This document shows, one piece after another, positions 50,704 through 64,000 of a stretch of 64,000 nucleotides of DNA. A program made the translations under genes and the position numbers. How positions within the stretch are numbered: the first letter of the stretch is position 1; each line of letters starts with the position of its first letter. The stretch spans positions 10,914,001-10,978,000 of the forward strand of contig CM075989.1 in the NCBI GenBank assembly GCA_038087875.1. Direction: 5' to 3'. This DNA is from Malacoraja senta. Its lineage: Eukaryota. The notes beneath the pieces are model-generated. The model saw only the letters and a program-made list of their open reading frames with translations, was not told where the DNA came from and searched no databases.

Positions 50704-53700
50704 ATTTAATCAGTAATTTGACATGTACTTGCAGAGCTGTGACCGGCAGTGGGATTAGGCTGGGTAGCTCTTTCTCGACAAGTACAGACACAATGGATCT
50801 AATTTTTTTCTGGCTTTCCAAGGTACACACGGTTTCCTCTCGACATTCAATAACATTTCCATCATCAGCATCCTGGGGCTCACTGCTGACCAGAAATCTA
50901 ACATGATCAGCAGCATTAAGGCTGTGGCTACAAGAGCCAATGTGGTGGTTGGGCATCCTGTAGCACGAGATTTACCTCCTGATACCCCAAAAGCCTTTCC
51001 ACCATCAACAGGCGCATGCCTGAAGTATCATGGACTGCTTTCCACTTCCAGGCTGAGTGCAGCTCAAGTCTAGAACTTTTCACTTGCTGCAGCTTTACAG
51101 GCCCATTAACGCAATGACACAAGTAAATATACAATAATCAATAATACAATAAGTTAATAATCAATAAAACTAGGAAACCAGGCCATTATCGTGCAAACCG
51201 TAGTACACTGCAACCAAAGAAAGTGCAAAAGAGATCATTGCTGAGGTACGGTTACGCATTGTGGATCAAGGGCCTGATGATAGATAGGAAGCAGTTGTTC
51301 TTGGACCTGGATCTCGGGCTTCGCAGGCTCCTGTACTTTCTTCCCAATGTTAGCAGTGACGAGTGTGGTGTGGGTCTTTGGTGATATTAGCTGCCTTTGA
51401 GGCATTGCCTCTAGTATATAGTGCCTCTTGATGATGGAGAGGTCAATACTTGTCTACATACAATCTTATCTACAGTCTAAAGTCTACAGAGACTTTCTCT
51501 AGTCTCTTCACTCCTGGACATTTGAGTTTCTGAACCAGACCTCGATGCAACCAGTCAGTATGCACTCCAACTTGTAAAAATTTGATAGAGTATTCGGCAA
51601 AACATTGGTCTGGTCCACCGGCTCAAGAGTTCGAATCCCACCATTGTAGTTGGGAACTTAAATTAGTTTTTAAAATCTTAGAATTGTAACCTGCCACAAC
51701 TATCATCCAGGTGGACAAGAGCAGCAGAAATGTAGGAACATCAGCCCTCCTGGCCAAATATCACATGGACTTGGAAATATGTTGCTGTCTCTTCATTGCT
51801 GCTGGGTATTAATCCTAGAATTCACACTCCAATAGCTCTGTGGGAACACCCTCAACAAAACATACAAAATACATGCAGGAGGTGGGGCCCTCATGCCTAC
51901 CCTGCCATACAGTTTAATCGTGGCTGATCTTTCTACCTCAGTTTACCACATTAACTCAGAGGATGAGAGGAGATATGATAGAAGTATATAAAATGAGAAG
52001 TGTAGATGTGGTGGAGTCAGAAACTTTTGCTCCAGGGTGGAAATATCAAAGAAAGAGCATAACTTCAAGGTAAGAGGGGTAAAGTTTAAAGGAGATGAGT
52101 GGGGGCAACTTTTTTTTTTTTACACAACTATTATGCCTGGTCACTTCGGTGAAGAAAAGGGCTAATGTTGCAACTAAATATTCTCAGAATTTAAGTAATA
52201 GATATTGGCAATCAAATGCAAAACAAAACTGATACTAAACAGATTGCCTCAAACTTGCTCAAACAGAGCAAAAATAATGCAGCCACTGATCAACACCGCA
52301 AACACAACTATTACACAGTAAAAATAGCAGAATCAAAATATACAATAGGCACAAATCACTCGTTCAGTATTATTTGTCATATGTAGGTTAACACAGGGTC
52401 AACGGTACAATGAAATGTTTTTGACAAGACAACGGGTCACCTCAGCAACTTGCAATTCCATGCAACACCTGTATGGTAGACCATGAGCCATTTCCTGTAG
52501 TTCTCTCAACTAAACTCCAACAACCTAACACAAACAAAGGATCCCAAGAACACAACTCAAAGTGCCTGATGCCACACACCCACAATGAGAGACAAAGACA
52601 AGACTAAGTTTGTTTGCAATGTAATTGCTTGCAGCTGGAAGTCCCAAGAGTGGATGATCAAATTTTGCTTTTTCCTGGGATCCCCCAGAAGCCAGCATTC
52701 AACCCTTTGATTAACTTCACAAAGTATTAAGAGACAGCTCAGAGCACTGGAAAGGGGGAAACCCTCATTCAACTGGAGTCAATCTTGCACAAAAGAGCAA
52801 GTGCCAGAAACCAACAACTGCAACCTAGAGGCCATGTTCTGGGAGATCCTCAGAACATATTCATATTCATACTCAGAACAGAACATATTCCAACCATATT
52901 CATATGCTCCTTTAATAATCTTCCTGAATTAACGACGGTCACTGATGACTGCGCAAGGCTCAGATTTCCCCTTCTTACAAATTTTTGAGCGCAATGTCAA
53001 CAGGACTGAAGCACCTTCACCAACAGGACAACAGTGGTACAAGCATCTTCACCACTATCTTTGTACGGGAAACAATAAACACTAGCCTTACCAGCAACAC
53101 CAGAATTAAAACACAGTAATCGTCAATAATTAAAGTAATAGGGATGCACTAAAAATTGATGATCAGTGAATCATACTTGATCATTAATGCTATTTCAATG
53201 CCAGTGTCATCTCATTTCTAGAAGTAAACAATGCTTCTAAAAAACTTAGTAATACTGTTGCATCTCTGTAACATCTATTAACCAGATTTTAAAAATAACA
53301 TTTAAGACAGCACTTGTTTAAAATATCATACACATACAGCAGCTGTGCACAATTACCAGAAATCCCTAGAGATCTGCGTTGGATCCGACTTGATATTAGC
53401 TGCCCAATTCTAATTGCTGCAGAAAGCCGACATTTCAAACAACTGTGAAGTACCGAAAATCAATCTGCAAACCTAGATGAATATGTAAATGATACATTAG
53501 CTTTCTTTTCATTTACTTTTTTGGGATCTGGCTGTTGCTGACGAGGTCAGAGTTTAGAACCCATCCCTTCATGTTCTTGAACAGAGTGATTTGATGACAT
53601 TCCAGACAGTATGAGAATCCACCACTTTGGTGGCCTGGCGTCTGGTCAAGGCAAGGCCAAATGGTTTCCTCGGGAAGTGAACCAGATATCTGCTCTTACA

Positions 53701-54653
53701 ATCCAATAATGTTGTTGTTTTTTTAATGTTTATTTTATTAGAAGCAACTGTTGTTACCATCACAAGACTATTTTCTTTTTAATTCCACATTATTATTAAA
53801 TTTAAACACCACAGCTGTCAAGGTGGGATTTGAACCCTGATCTTTGTAGTTAGACCAGGCCTAATGGCAAGGAATAATCCATGTGAATTTTTAAGGCTAA
53901 ATATCCAGCATTCCAACTGACTTATTTCTTCCTTGTTTCTTATTTCTACAACATCTAGGGCAGTGGTGCTTAAACAAAAAAACAAAAAAAACAATATGAA
54001 GCTTTACATTGCTGGAGTAACAGCCCAATAGACAATTATTGCACAACACCACATGAGGTGTTGACCTGTACATTGTTCTGACCACCCTAGCACATTGAAT
54101 GCTGTTTGCGTGTAGTAGTCAGAGGGAAGGAGTATTAAAATTTCCAACCAAATTTGATTAGAGGAAGCATTATGCATCCCTGCCTCAGTTTAACTGCTGA
54201 AAACCCATCCACAAGCTGATTAGCTTCAGACTATTTCACCTCCCACCTTCTCATTATATTATTTTACGTCTTAATGTGTCACCTAAATTTGCTGCCGATT
54301 GTCCCAATTCATACCAAGATCTGTGCACTCACATCCTAAACTTGCAAACTTTTGTTACTCCCAGTTAAGCAATGTCCCTATTTCACCCCTCACCGACTCG
54401 CTTTCTGTGAAACCTTCTCCAGCCCCGTGAGCCTCCAAGATATCTGTGTTCCTCAAGCTCCGATCCCTGCACATGGCCAGTTTCCATTACAAGCCGCCAT
54501 CACCTCAGCTGCCGGTCCCAAGCCAGCTCTGGAATTTCCTCTCAAACATATCACCTCTTCCTTCCTTTAAACCAAACTTTCTTGCCTATTTAGACACAAA
54601 AAGCTGGAGCAACTCATTGGGTCAAACAGCATCTCTGGAGAAAAGGAATAGGT

Positions 54654-54681
54654 GACGTTTCAGGCCGAGACCCTTCTTCAG
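54654..54681 (-). ncRNA. Minimal hammerhead core in a Penelope terminal repeat (repeat ~54590-54745)
   Basis: Minus strand CTGAAGA-A-GGGTC-tc-GGCCT-GAAAC-GTC; stem II is still fully pairable with two G-U wobbles. Confidence 0.6.
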
Positions 54682-56594
54682 ACTGAGAGTCAGGGGAAAG
54701 GGAAAGAGAGCTATAGACGGTGATGTAGATATAGAACAAATTAATTGCCTGACCAAATATTTGTTCTATCGACCCAAAAAGTTAACTTTCTCTGAAGATA
54801 CCATCTGCCTTCCTTGTATTTTTGGCTATTACTGCAGATTTCCAGATTTCCAGAAACTAAAATTTCAATTGATGATTTTGTGTGTGCGTTGGTGTCACAG
54901 ATTATCAGATAGGTTATTTGACGCACCCTTGGATGTTCACGACATTTAACATAGGACATGAATTTGTGACATAACTGTAGTAGGAGACAGCAGTTATGAC
55001 AACAGTTATGACAGACAGGAGAAGGCAGGACAGATTTTCATAAATAATGGAAAAGTATTTGTAGTAGCAAAGGATCATTGAGCAGAGGATATGGATTTAA
55101 GCTAATTGGCAAACCATGTGCAGAATTTTTTAAAACGTAAAATTTGACATTATCGTCATTGACTGAAAGGAGTGTTGAAGCAGACTGAATAATGACTTTA
55201 AAAATAATGAATTGGGCCGAAATTGCATTGTTGGATTGTGGGAAAAGGGTGGAATTAATTGGACAGTACTTTCACAGATGTGACACATTCATAGTGAACC
55301 ACCTGACCTCAATCTACCATGGAAGACAATGCAAATATAATGTGCAAGAATGCCAGACTGAAATAGCAAATCCCGAATCTCAAAGGAACACCTCACAATG
55401 TTGATAATGAGTGGGGTCACTTTGCAAGGCAATGGTTTATTTCATGGTGAAGACCGACCTGTAGATATTATTGCAAAGTCAGAAGGGTCCCAACACAATA
55501 CATCACATATCCATGTTCTTCAGAGATGCTGCCTGACCTGCTGAGCAACTAGTATCAATACATCAACCACAGCACCTCCTTTCTATAATCCCCAAGTCAA
55601 ACTCAGCCATCAAAATTCAAGACATCAGATTCTCGGTTAATTTAATGTTAAACAAAGCACTCCGACATGCTGCTCAAGTTTTGGCAGTTTAGTACGCAAT
55701 GACATCAGCTTACGTACTGCATCTTGGTCATTCTTACCTTCTGTATCTTGGTAATTCTTCAAAATGCTATTTCCCTGTACATACACAGAAAGCATCAAAA
55801 ATCTGTACTTGTCGGATACTTTGCAGAAACTTAAATTATCAGCTAAAGTGGAAATGAACCCACCATATCCCTATGAATCCACCCGCCTCCCAATCTGTGG
55901 CAATGAACAGGTCCCACACAGGTCAACCACATATGCACACATGGAACTGGAGTGAAAGCATAATCCTCAACTCAGGGACTCCCAAAGAGCAAGATGATCG
56001 GAAGTGGTGGCATTAGTTAGTTATCAGCTCTCCAAGGTTCAAACGATTACCATAATGAGTCAAGTGCGAGACCTATACTGTATACTCTGTGTACACTTCT
56101 CAATCTCCAGATGTTTCTCTACTCACTGTTCCATTGCTCGGTTCATCTGTAACATTGTTGTGGTCTGATAACTTGTGAACATCAACAACCTGTCTTCATA
56201 AAGCACTTCTAACATGCCAGCATATGCAATGGAGCTTTACGTAACCAGATAAAATTTGAAACGGAGGTAAATCAGGACAAGTGACTCGAAGTTTGACCAG
56301 AAAGCTTAGTTGAAAAAAAAGTTGGTGAGGGAGGAATTCCACATCTTGGTAACGGAAGGTATGGCCTGCAAAAGGTGCAGCAATGGGAGGCACAAGAGTG
56401 CTTTGGTTTATAAATGCAACAGGGCAAGAGATTGTAAATTGGGCAAGAGCGAGGCCTGGATTAATAACTAGTTTCTGCAGCTGTATTTCCTGCTTTGGTA
56501 CCAGTTATTATTAAACTAAAGCTACCCACTGCTTGCACAGATGACTCTTCAATGACCTGCTCAGAACAAGCCTTTGGTCAACTCCCTCTATGTC

Positions 56595-57215
56595 AAAGGC
56601 AAAGAAAGCAAACCAACACTTCTCCATCCTCAGAGGACTAAGTAAATTCATCTCCAATGACTCCTAACGATTTCTATAGATGTACCATAGAAAGCATCAT
56701 ATGGGGATGCATCACAAATTGGTTTGTCAACTGCTCTGCCCAAAACCGCAAGACTTTGCAGAGAATTGTGGATGCAGCCCAGTCTCTCACACAAACTAGC
56801 CTTCGCCCCTCCGCTCCCATTGATTCCATCTACACTTCACACTGCTTTGAAAAAGCACCAACATAATCAAGGACCACATTCACCCCAGTCATTCCTCGTC
56901 TCCCCTCTCCAATCAGGCAGAAGATACAAAAGCTTGAAAGACGCACCACCTGATTCAGGAACAGCTTAATCCCTGCTGTTGTCAGACTACTGGTGTCTTC
57001 CTTAAACAAAGGGTTTAACCCCAATCTCCCAACCTACCTCATTGTACATTTTTATCTGCACTTTCTCGATAACTATACAGAGTACGCTATTTATTTTTCT
57101 CTTTGCACTACTTGCTGTACATATATGTGTATGGCTTGACTGTACTCGTGTACTATAATATGACTAGCACGCAAAACAAAGTTTTTCACCGTATCTTGGT
57201 ACATGTGACAACAAA
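56595..57215 (+). mobile_element. Rex1/Babar- or L2-type LINE 3' end
   Basis: ORF 56657..56866 FYRCTIESIIWGCITNWFVNCSAQNRKTLQRIVDAAQ and downstream PLQSGRRYKSLK; tail ttttcaccgtatcttggtacatgtgacaa. A degraded minus-strand relative lies at ~51230-51600. Confidence 0.8.
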
Positions 57216-60200
57216 AGATTAATACGAAGTTAGACTCAGTGTGAAATTGTTGCTGTTAAAGGAAGCCACTGTGGCAGCACATACACAAAAGAAATATGAC
57301 TCTTGTTTTGTCAGAACAGACATGACTGCCAATTCACAGTGGACATCCGAGTTGGCATTAAGTAACTGATGTCCCTAGTGATTCAGCTGGACGCTGTCTC
57401 TAAATAGAATAACTGGCAGACACACTGTACAGGGTTAGCAGGGTTTGCTGCAATACGGGCACCAGTTTAAGATTCCTAAAGAATGAAAACAGAACAGAAT
57501 TGCTCACTGCGTGACATGTACCAAATTAGACAGGTGAAGCACAACAGGGAATAAAACTGGCGTGACAGCAAAGCAGAATAAAAGTTTTAAAACCAAAACA
57601 CGGGTGTCGCCGCTAGCGAAGAATAGCCAATTGAAAGGCTTTTACCGAATTTACTTTACATTTTATGCAGATTTAATCTTCCAATGCAAAATTTGCACAC
57701 ATTTATTTTACAGGAGCCAAATTTTCACACCAATTTAAAAACAAAAATCACATAACTAGCAATGTAACAGTAATCAAATAATCTGTAATAGTGAAGTTAA
57801 TGAGGAATGAAATGTTGGCCAGGACGCGAGGGAAAACTTTCAAATGCAATGCCATATCAAGCCAATCAGCAAGATATTGGAACAAGTTCTCAAAACTTGG
57901 AAGGAGGTCCCAACCTAAAACATCGACCACCTACTATCTCTAGAGAATCTTCCTGACCCGCTGAGTTACTTCAGCACTGTGCATCTTATTTTGTGAATGA
58001 GCACCTGCAGTTCTTTCTTTCTACACTTTACTGCTCCACTGCAAAATTTCCTGAAGATATGCTTACTTTGAAGTTCTCCTCCTCTCTCTGACACGAGTTC
58101 TGCCAGATCCTCTCACTGCTCCCTCGCCCAGAGAAAAGATCCCGACCTGAAATGTCACCTACCCATGGTCTCCAGGGATGGTGTCTCACCCACTGAGTTG
58201 CTCCAGCACTGTTTTCCCCCCCTAAAACTTGGTCCAAGTGCACTGTAAGGAGCATCTTAAAAAGAGTAGAGATGTAGATGCGAGTCTCAGACATTAGGGA
58301 GCAGTGACTGAACAGCAATGTGTGAGAGGCCAAGAACTGGAGACAGAGGGCTGGAATAGATGGGGAGGGGGGAGGAGGGGGGGGGGGGAGGAGAAGGCCA
58401 TGGAGGAATTTGGAGAAATTTAGGTCCACTGGAAGAGATTATTGGGGGTGGAGAAGGAGAAGCTGCATGCTAACTTGACTGTACAGGAGTAGTGAATAAA
58501 ATCATTGGTAGAAATCTAGCACAGCAAAAGGTGAAAGAATTACGTTATGCTCAACTAAACTGCGAAATGCGCCCTCGTTTAGTACCAGAGACAAACTGGA
58601 GAAACACACGGCAAATCAGCAGACACACCAGGCAGTATTGCAGCGTGTCCTAGTTAAATGATGGTACACTTTAATATCGTCCCAGTTTCTGGCCAGTTGA
58701 TCATTTCCAAATTTAGTCACCCCTGCCTTGCTGGCTATAACTTTAGCTGTTGATGTCCTCATCTCTAAAACTCTCTTCCTAAAGCTCACTACCTCTCTAC
58801 TCTCTCATCCAAGTGAAACCCTGAAAGTGCTGACAATACTCATCACATCAGGCAGAATCTGTGGAGAGACGAGTTAACATTTCAGTTGAAGGTCATTCAT
58901 CAGAAACCCTGAATTCCTTTGGTCCAGAAAAAAATAAATTTATCCTATTCACATTGCAATTATCATGTGCACATCGGGAACACAGAATTTAAACTTTCCC
59001 CAAGACTCAACCAGAAGCATTTGATTTGTAGAAGGTGGACATAGGCTACACGTTTAGCACATCTGATACTGTGAAACATTTCAGGGACTTAATCAGAGCT
59101 GCAGGCTGGGAGATCATATATACGCGAGGTTTATGAGTTCCATATTTATAACAAATCCTGCAATTGTCAGTTCACCCTCTCCTTTTTTTAAATAGCAATT
59201 ACTCATTACAGCAGACATTTGTCACCACAAAACCCATGCTCCTACAGAGCTTGGCATGACGTTTCAATTACATCATGCTGGTACTTATATGGTCTACATT
59301 GGTGTCAAGTAACCCAACTAAATTGCAAATTCAGTCTCTGGAATATGTCAATAAACACACCCAGTTTTAGATCAACAGTCTAGTTATTTCGTTGAAAAGC
59401 ATATAAAATTGGAACCTTTGCGGTCAGTTTCTTTCCTGTGCCAAATATTCAACTTTCCAGCCACTAGAATATCAAAAGCCGGTGAAAGACTTCACACGTG
59501 TGACGTAGAAAAGATGTGGTCATTGTTGAAAGATGGCATCGTGCACAACAAGATGCAAAAACAATGTGCTAACGACCAAAAATTCCAAGGTGGATCAAGG
59601 AATAAACATTTGCCATGAAAAATAGGACCACATGGTCTTTTATATTCAAACGAAAAAGACCGCAGGATCTCTGTTTGGTGTTCTACCTGACAAGGTGCCT
59701 ACAGCAGAGAGGCACACCCTCAGTACTTCACTGGGAGATTTAGACAAGATTTTTTCTCAGGTTCCTGCAATGGGACTGAACCCAAAACGTTCCAACCCAG
59801 AAGCGAGAATGCAGCCACCTGATGCACTCAAGGCAGCGAGTTAGATTTATATTTACAAGTTGAGCACAAGTGAAACAAAAACAATTACTAAGAACCCCCA
59901 TAGCCGTTCAAAATGTTACCTTAGATGTCGACATATTATTTTTGAGGAAACACACAGGTGTGCAAAATAGTGAAGAAAGAAAAACAGAAGCACCTAGAAT
60001 GCTAAAAAAAAAGTTCAAAAACAGGCAAAAGGCAAGACTCTTGGTGAAGGGTTTCATCAATCAATGATTTCTAAACTGATGTTGAATCTTGAAAACCAGC
60101 CCAGCATTGGCAGAACAAACTGGAAGAATTCAAAATTTGTAAAAACCGATTTATTTCTATAAATAACTTTCACGTCCTTTCTTTAAAGAGTGCCGCAAAG

Positions 60201-62522
60201 CACTAAACAACCAATGAAATATTTTTGAGGTGTAATCACTGTTGTTGTAATGGAAGTAAAATTTGTACACAGCAAGCTCTCCCAAACTGTAATATTGACA
60301 AGCAGATAATTAGTTTTTATCATTAAAAAGCAAAAAAAATCAGCTGCTGAAAATATGAAATAAAATCAAACTCTGGGAACATCTGCAGGGAGAGAAAACC
60401 AATTAATGTCTCAGTCCGTGACATTTCATCAGAACATGGAAAATATACAACTCCAACACGTTTTACGTTGCAGAGGTGGTGGGATGGGTGGATGGATCAT
60501 AGGGACATTTGTGACGGGACAGAGACAAAGAGTGGGCACATGGCACAAAAGCTGTGTTGGCAGCTGAGGGAGAATGGTGTAGGTCTGTTCATAAAGATGA
60601 CGGGACCACTACATGGGTCAGAAAGCATCTGTGCAAGGGAGAGGAGTGAGAGATACCACTACCATTTCAATGCAACTTAAAATGTGCCATATTTTGGGTA
60701 ATTTTTATGATCAGCAACCTGAACCATTGACTCTGATTCACTCTCAAAATGAGGCTGTTCGACCTGTTGAGTAGGTCCAGCATTTTCAGTTTCTATTTCT
60801 GTAATGTTGGTGGAGGATAAATAGTTATAAAAATAAAACAATTCACCGTGTACAACTTTAATACAACCAAATAAAATGCTGGTCCTACCAATAATACGGT
60901 GAGCACAATCTGTGTACAGAGAAGGCTGAAGAAGTCTTCAAAATCTACCTAAATGATCACAGACCTTTTTAGTAAGTCGATTTATTCCACTGTTCAACAG
61001 GCAGGTATTTCAACCACTGCAATGGTAATGTGAAGGCAGTGAAATGTATTCCTGAAACCAAGGATTACATTTCTAAAATAAAAAGTACAAATCACTGGAA
61101 GCTTTCAACAGATCAGGAACCAACTGTGAGGAGAAAGCATATTAGCATTTAAACATGTACCTTCATGGGAGCCCTTCATTAAACAGTGCTACAGGGCTTA
61201 ACATTGATTTACCCTTCATCTACGCATACTTGTCACCAACTTGCCCGTAGTGGAAGGTTATACCCATTATACTAAGCACCGACATACCACTCCCTCTCCA
61301 CTCCAAAACACATTAACCGTGAAAACATTCCAGGCTAAATGGTCTGCTGATTGCAAAATAAACCCACCCCTATGGCACAGAAGCATTGTTGTCAATGAGA
61401 ATGATGAAGCTAACAGCCTAAAAGAATAAATTGGAGCCTAGATATTTGTAAAATAAAAATCAGAAAATGCTAGAAACACTCAACATGTCAGGTAGCATCC
61501 ATGGTTCAAGACTCTTCTTCAGAACCGCACGGGGGAGGGGGGTCAACCCAAAAATTCAACCGAAATGGATGCTGCAAACAAGGGCAGTTTACTGAAAGTA
61601 CAAATGGTGGGATTGAGAGCAGGTTTTAGATCAATGGAAAACACCGTTAAAGAGGGTGTAGGCTGTTCTTTGAATATGTAGATACAAAAGGGCTCACATT
61701 TTTATGATTAAGAAGAGTACTACTTAACAAGAGATGCTAAATATTAAATACTAAATAAAACTTCCGATTGCACTCGCAAGGCGCTGAGGAGCCGTGCAAG
61801 AGTGTGAAAAAGTTCACTTAAAAGATAGACAAAGTACAAATTCTTAAGACCATACAAAGCTTTAATTTAACGTCTGACGGGTGTGAACTGAGAGACCCAG
61901 AGGCAACAGGTTCTCACATCTGAATCTCCAGCAGCACACACAAAGAAATACCAGAACACCGAAGCTTATATACGTACCGATATAAAACAATTTGCATGAT
62001 ATAATGACAGAAAAACCATCATCCACCTCCAAATATGGAGTTGTTTTTCACTCTTTGCCAAAAGCCAGTTACCCCAATGGAATCCTCTGGGCCCCTTCTT
62101 ATCTGATTAACCTCTTCAACTTACATAAAAAAACTTGTAAGAGAGCTGCGAACTTTTCAACTTAAAGGGAAAAAAACCTGGCATGATAGGAGTTGTCCAA
62201 ATCCCATCATGCATTACAATTGGCCTTTTACAACAGGAAAGTTTAAATATGACAACAATCAATTAATAACTAACTCTTTCATGTGGACCAGTATTTCCAT
62301 CACAAGGACAGGATTTGGATACTTTTTCTACGTCACCAAATCATTTGCATTTGTGGGTTGTGCACAATTTCACTGTGCTGTGTATACGTGGCAATAAAAT
62401 AATCATTAATTTGTAAATTAGATACAAATTGAGAACACTATTCCTGGGTAGCCCAGTAAATTCATCCATCCTTCCAACAACATTCCAGACTTCAAAACTA
62501 ACCACATGGTAATTTGGAACAA

Positions 62523-62730
62523 AGGTAGATAAAAATGCTGGAGAAACTCAGCAGGTGAGGCAGCATCTATGCAGCGAAGGAATAGGTGACGTTTCAGGTC
62601 GAGACTAAAGAAGGGTCTCCACCCAAAACGTCACCTATTCCTTCGCTCCATAGATGCTGCCTCACCCACTGAGTTTCTCCAGCAGTTTTATCTACCTTCA
62701 ATTTTTCCAGCATCTGCAGTTCCTTCTTAA
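62523..62730. mobile_element. Fold-back Penelope terminal-repeat insertion (208 bp) with a 14-bp TSD
   Basis: Arms ~62523-62605 and ~62613-62697 are reverse complements. The 3' end is ccagcatctgcagttccttcttaa. Flanked by gtaatttggaacaa at 62509-62522 and 62731-62744. Confidence 0.88.
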
Positions 62731-63625
62731 GTAATTTGGAACAAGGTTAGTGCAGATCTTCAAGCAAGGATTTTGCTTCCAGGTAACTTCTCTCCCCATT
62801 TATTCATCTTAAAAACATTACAACAAATTGGCAGAGCTACATCTGAAAATTTATGATTCTTGGTTCCCAATCCTACGCTTCAGATCTATAGCTCAGGTAT
62901 CAGCTTTCAAACAGGATAAGGCAGACTTGACAGCATAGCAGCAACTATCAACATAAGAATCAAGAAAGAACCATCAAAGGCAAAAAATAATCTTAAATTT
63001 TGGATTCACCTCCTCCCTGTAGGCAGAGGCAGGGCACTAGAACACTGTTGGGGTACACAAAATGTAACACATAATTTTGAAGTATTAGGTTTTGTACAAT
63101 ATATAATTTTCAACCTTAATTGTCTATGTATTGAATTTTGCCCAGCTCCATGCTTTACACTCATTCACCGAGCTTCTAAATCAATTGTTAACTTTACATT
63201 CAAGCTACCCAGATTAGCCAAGTAGCTTATTGATTGGTCTGTAAGATCACATCCATTCTATTGTTTGATCAGGGATACTACTCTGCGAAAGTGCCACATT
63301 AAACACAGATTAACCTCTATCTAATCACCTGCCAGGAGACGTGTTTCAATGCAAATATATAATCATAGCGTGGAATCAGACCCTTCGGCCCAACATCTGT
63401 ACTGCACTAATCCCGTATGCCTACATTTGGCCCATATTCCTCCAAACCCATCCTATCCAGGTGTTTTTCTTAAAGTTTCTTAAACTGTAAATGTACCTGC
63501 CTCAAATACCGGTGCCAGCAGTTCGTTCCATAAACCTACCACCCTTCGTGTAAATAGTTGCACCTCAGATTGCTATTGAACCCCCCTGAACTCCTTAAAC
63601 CTATGTCCTCTGGTTCTCAATTTAG

Positions 63626-64000
63626 GTATGTTACAAAACTTACCTTCAGTCGCGCTGTAATTCTGCCACTGGCCGTGTGCGCGATTTTGGCGCCTTTAAG
63701 GGGGGGCGGGGTTAAAACGCGGGTTTCTCCTCCCTTGTCCTGGTTAATATTTTGTTGGAGTACAAGCCTTGGCTGACAAATCGTTCCTAGTGGCGATTTG
63801 TGTATTTTTTATTTTTATTAAATCGTCAATGTCAACGCTAGAGTAATTTTAAAAGCAGCTCCTGAAGCGTCAACGCCGATAACGGGGACGGATTTCACAC
63901 ACTGGACAGGTAAACGAAAGTGGTTTCTTTAAATGTATAAAAGTGCTTCTTAAGAAGCCTTTAATTCACATTTTTTCATGCGACACGGTGATTTTATTCC
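63626..64000. mobile_element. Start of an unclassified CpG-rich young repeat, abutting a minus-strand CR1 3' fragment (63360-63625)
   Basis: Abrupt switch from CR1 sequence to CpG-rich non-coding DNA. Truncated by the window end. Confidence 0.4.

Overview
This is eukaryotic (vertebrate) genomic DNA. The repeat repertoire (HE1/V-SINE-like tRNA SINEs, CR1 LINEs, Penelope elements) points to a cartilaginous fish, probably a skate or ray; that assignment is inference. One host gene can be reconstructed. It is the 5' part of a minus-strand UACA-family ankyrin-repeat gene (UACA/RAI14/ANKRD24/ANKRD35 family, closest to UACA). Eight phase-compatible coding exons run from 30158 down to 6284 (739 nt, about 246 aa), starting with a short MKHWFSCASVPS exon; the coiled-coil exons were not found and probably lie left of the window. 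Everything else is intronic or upstream DNA filled with transposable elements: the 3' end of a DIRS retrotransposon with a perfect 78-bp inverted repeat; three members of one IR/DR Tc1 family; Penelope-like elements whose terminal repeats carry minimal hammerhead-ribozyme cores, including two ~210-bp fold-back insertions with 14-bp target-site duplications (TSDs); two non-autonomous Helitrons; a large palindromic MITE; CR1, Rex/L2 LINE and SINE fragments; and a 424-bp (GGGAGAGA)n array. Almost all ORFs in the supplied track are spurious or transposon debris. I found no prokaryotic-type system, CRISPR array, rRNA or true tRNA gene, and nothing that is demonstrably a new biological system. The best leads are the hammerhead-bearing hairpin retroposons, the composite Helitron and the unannotated-looking first exon.
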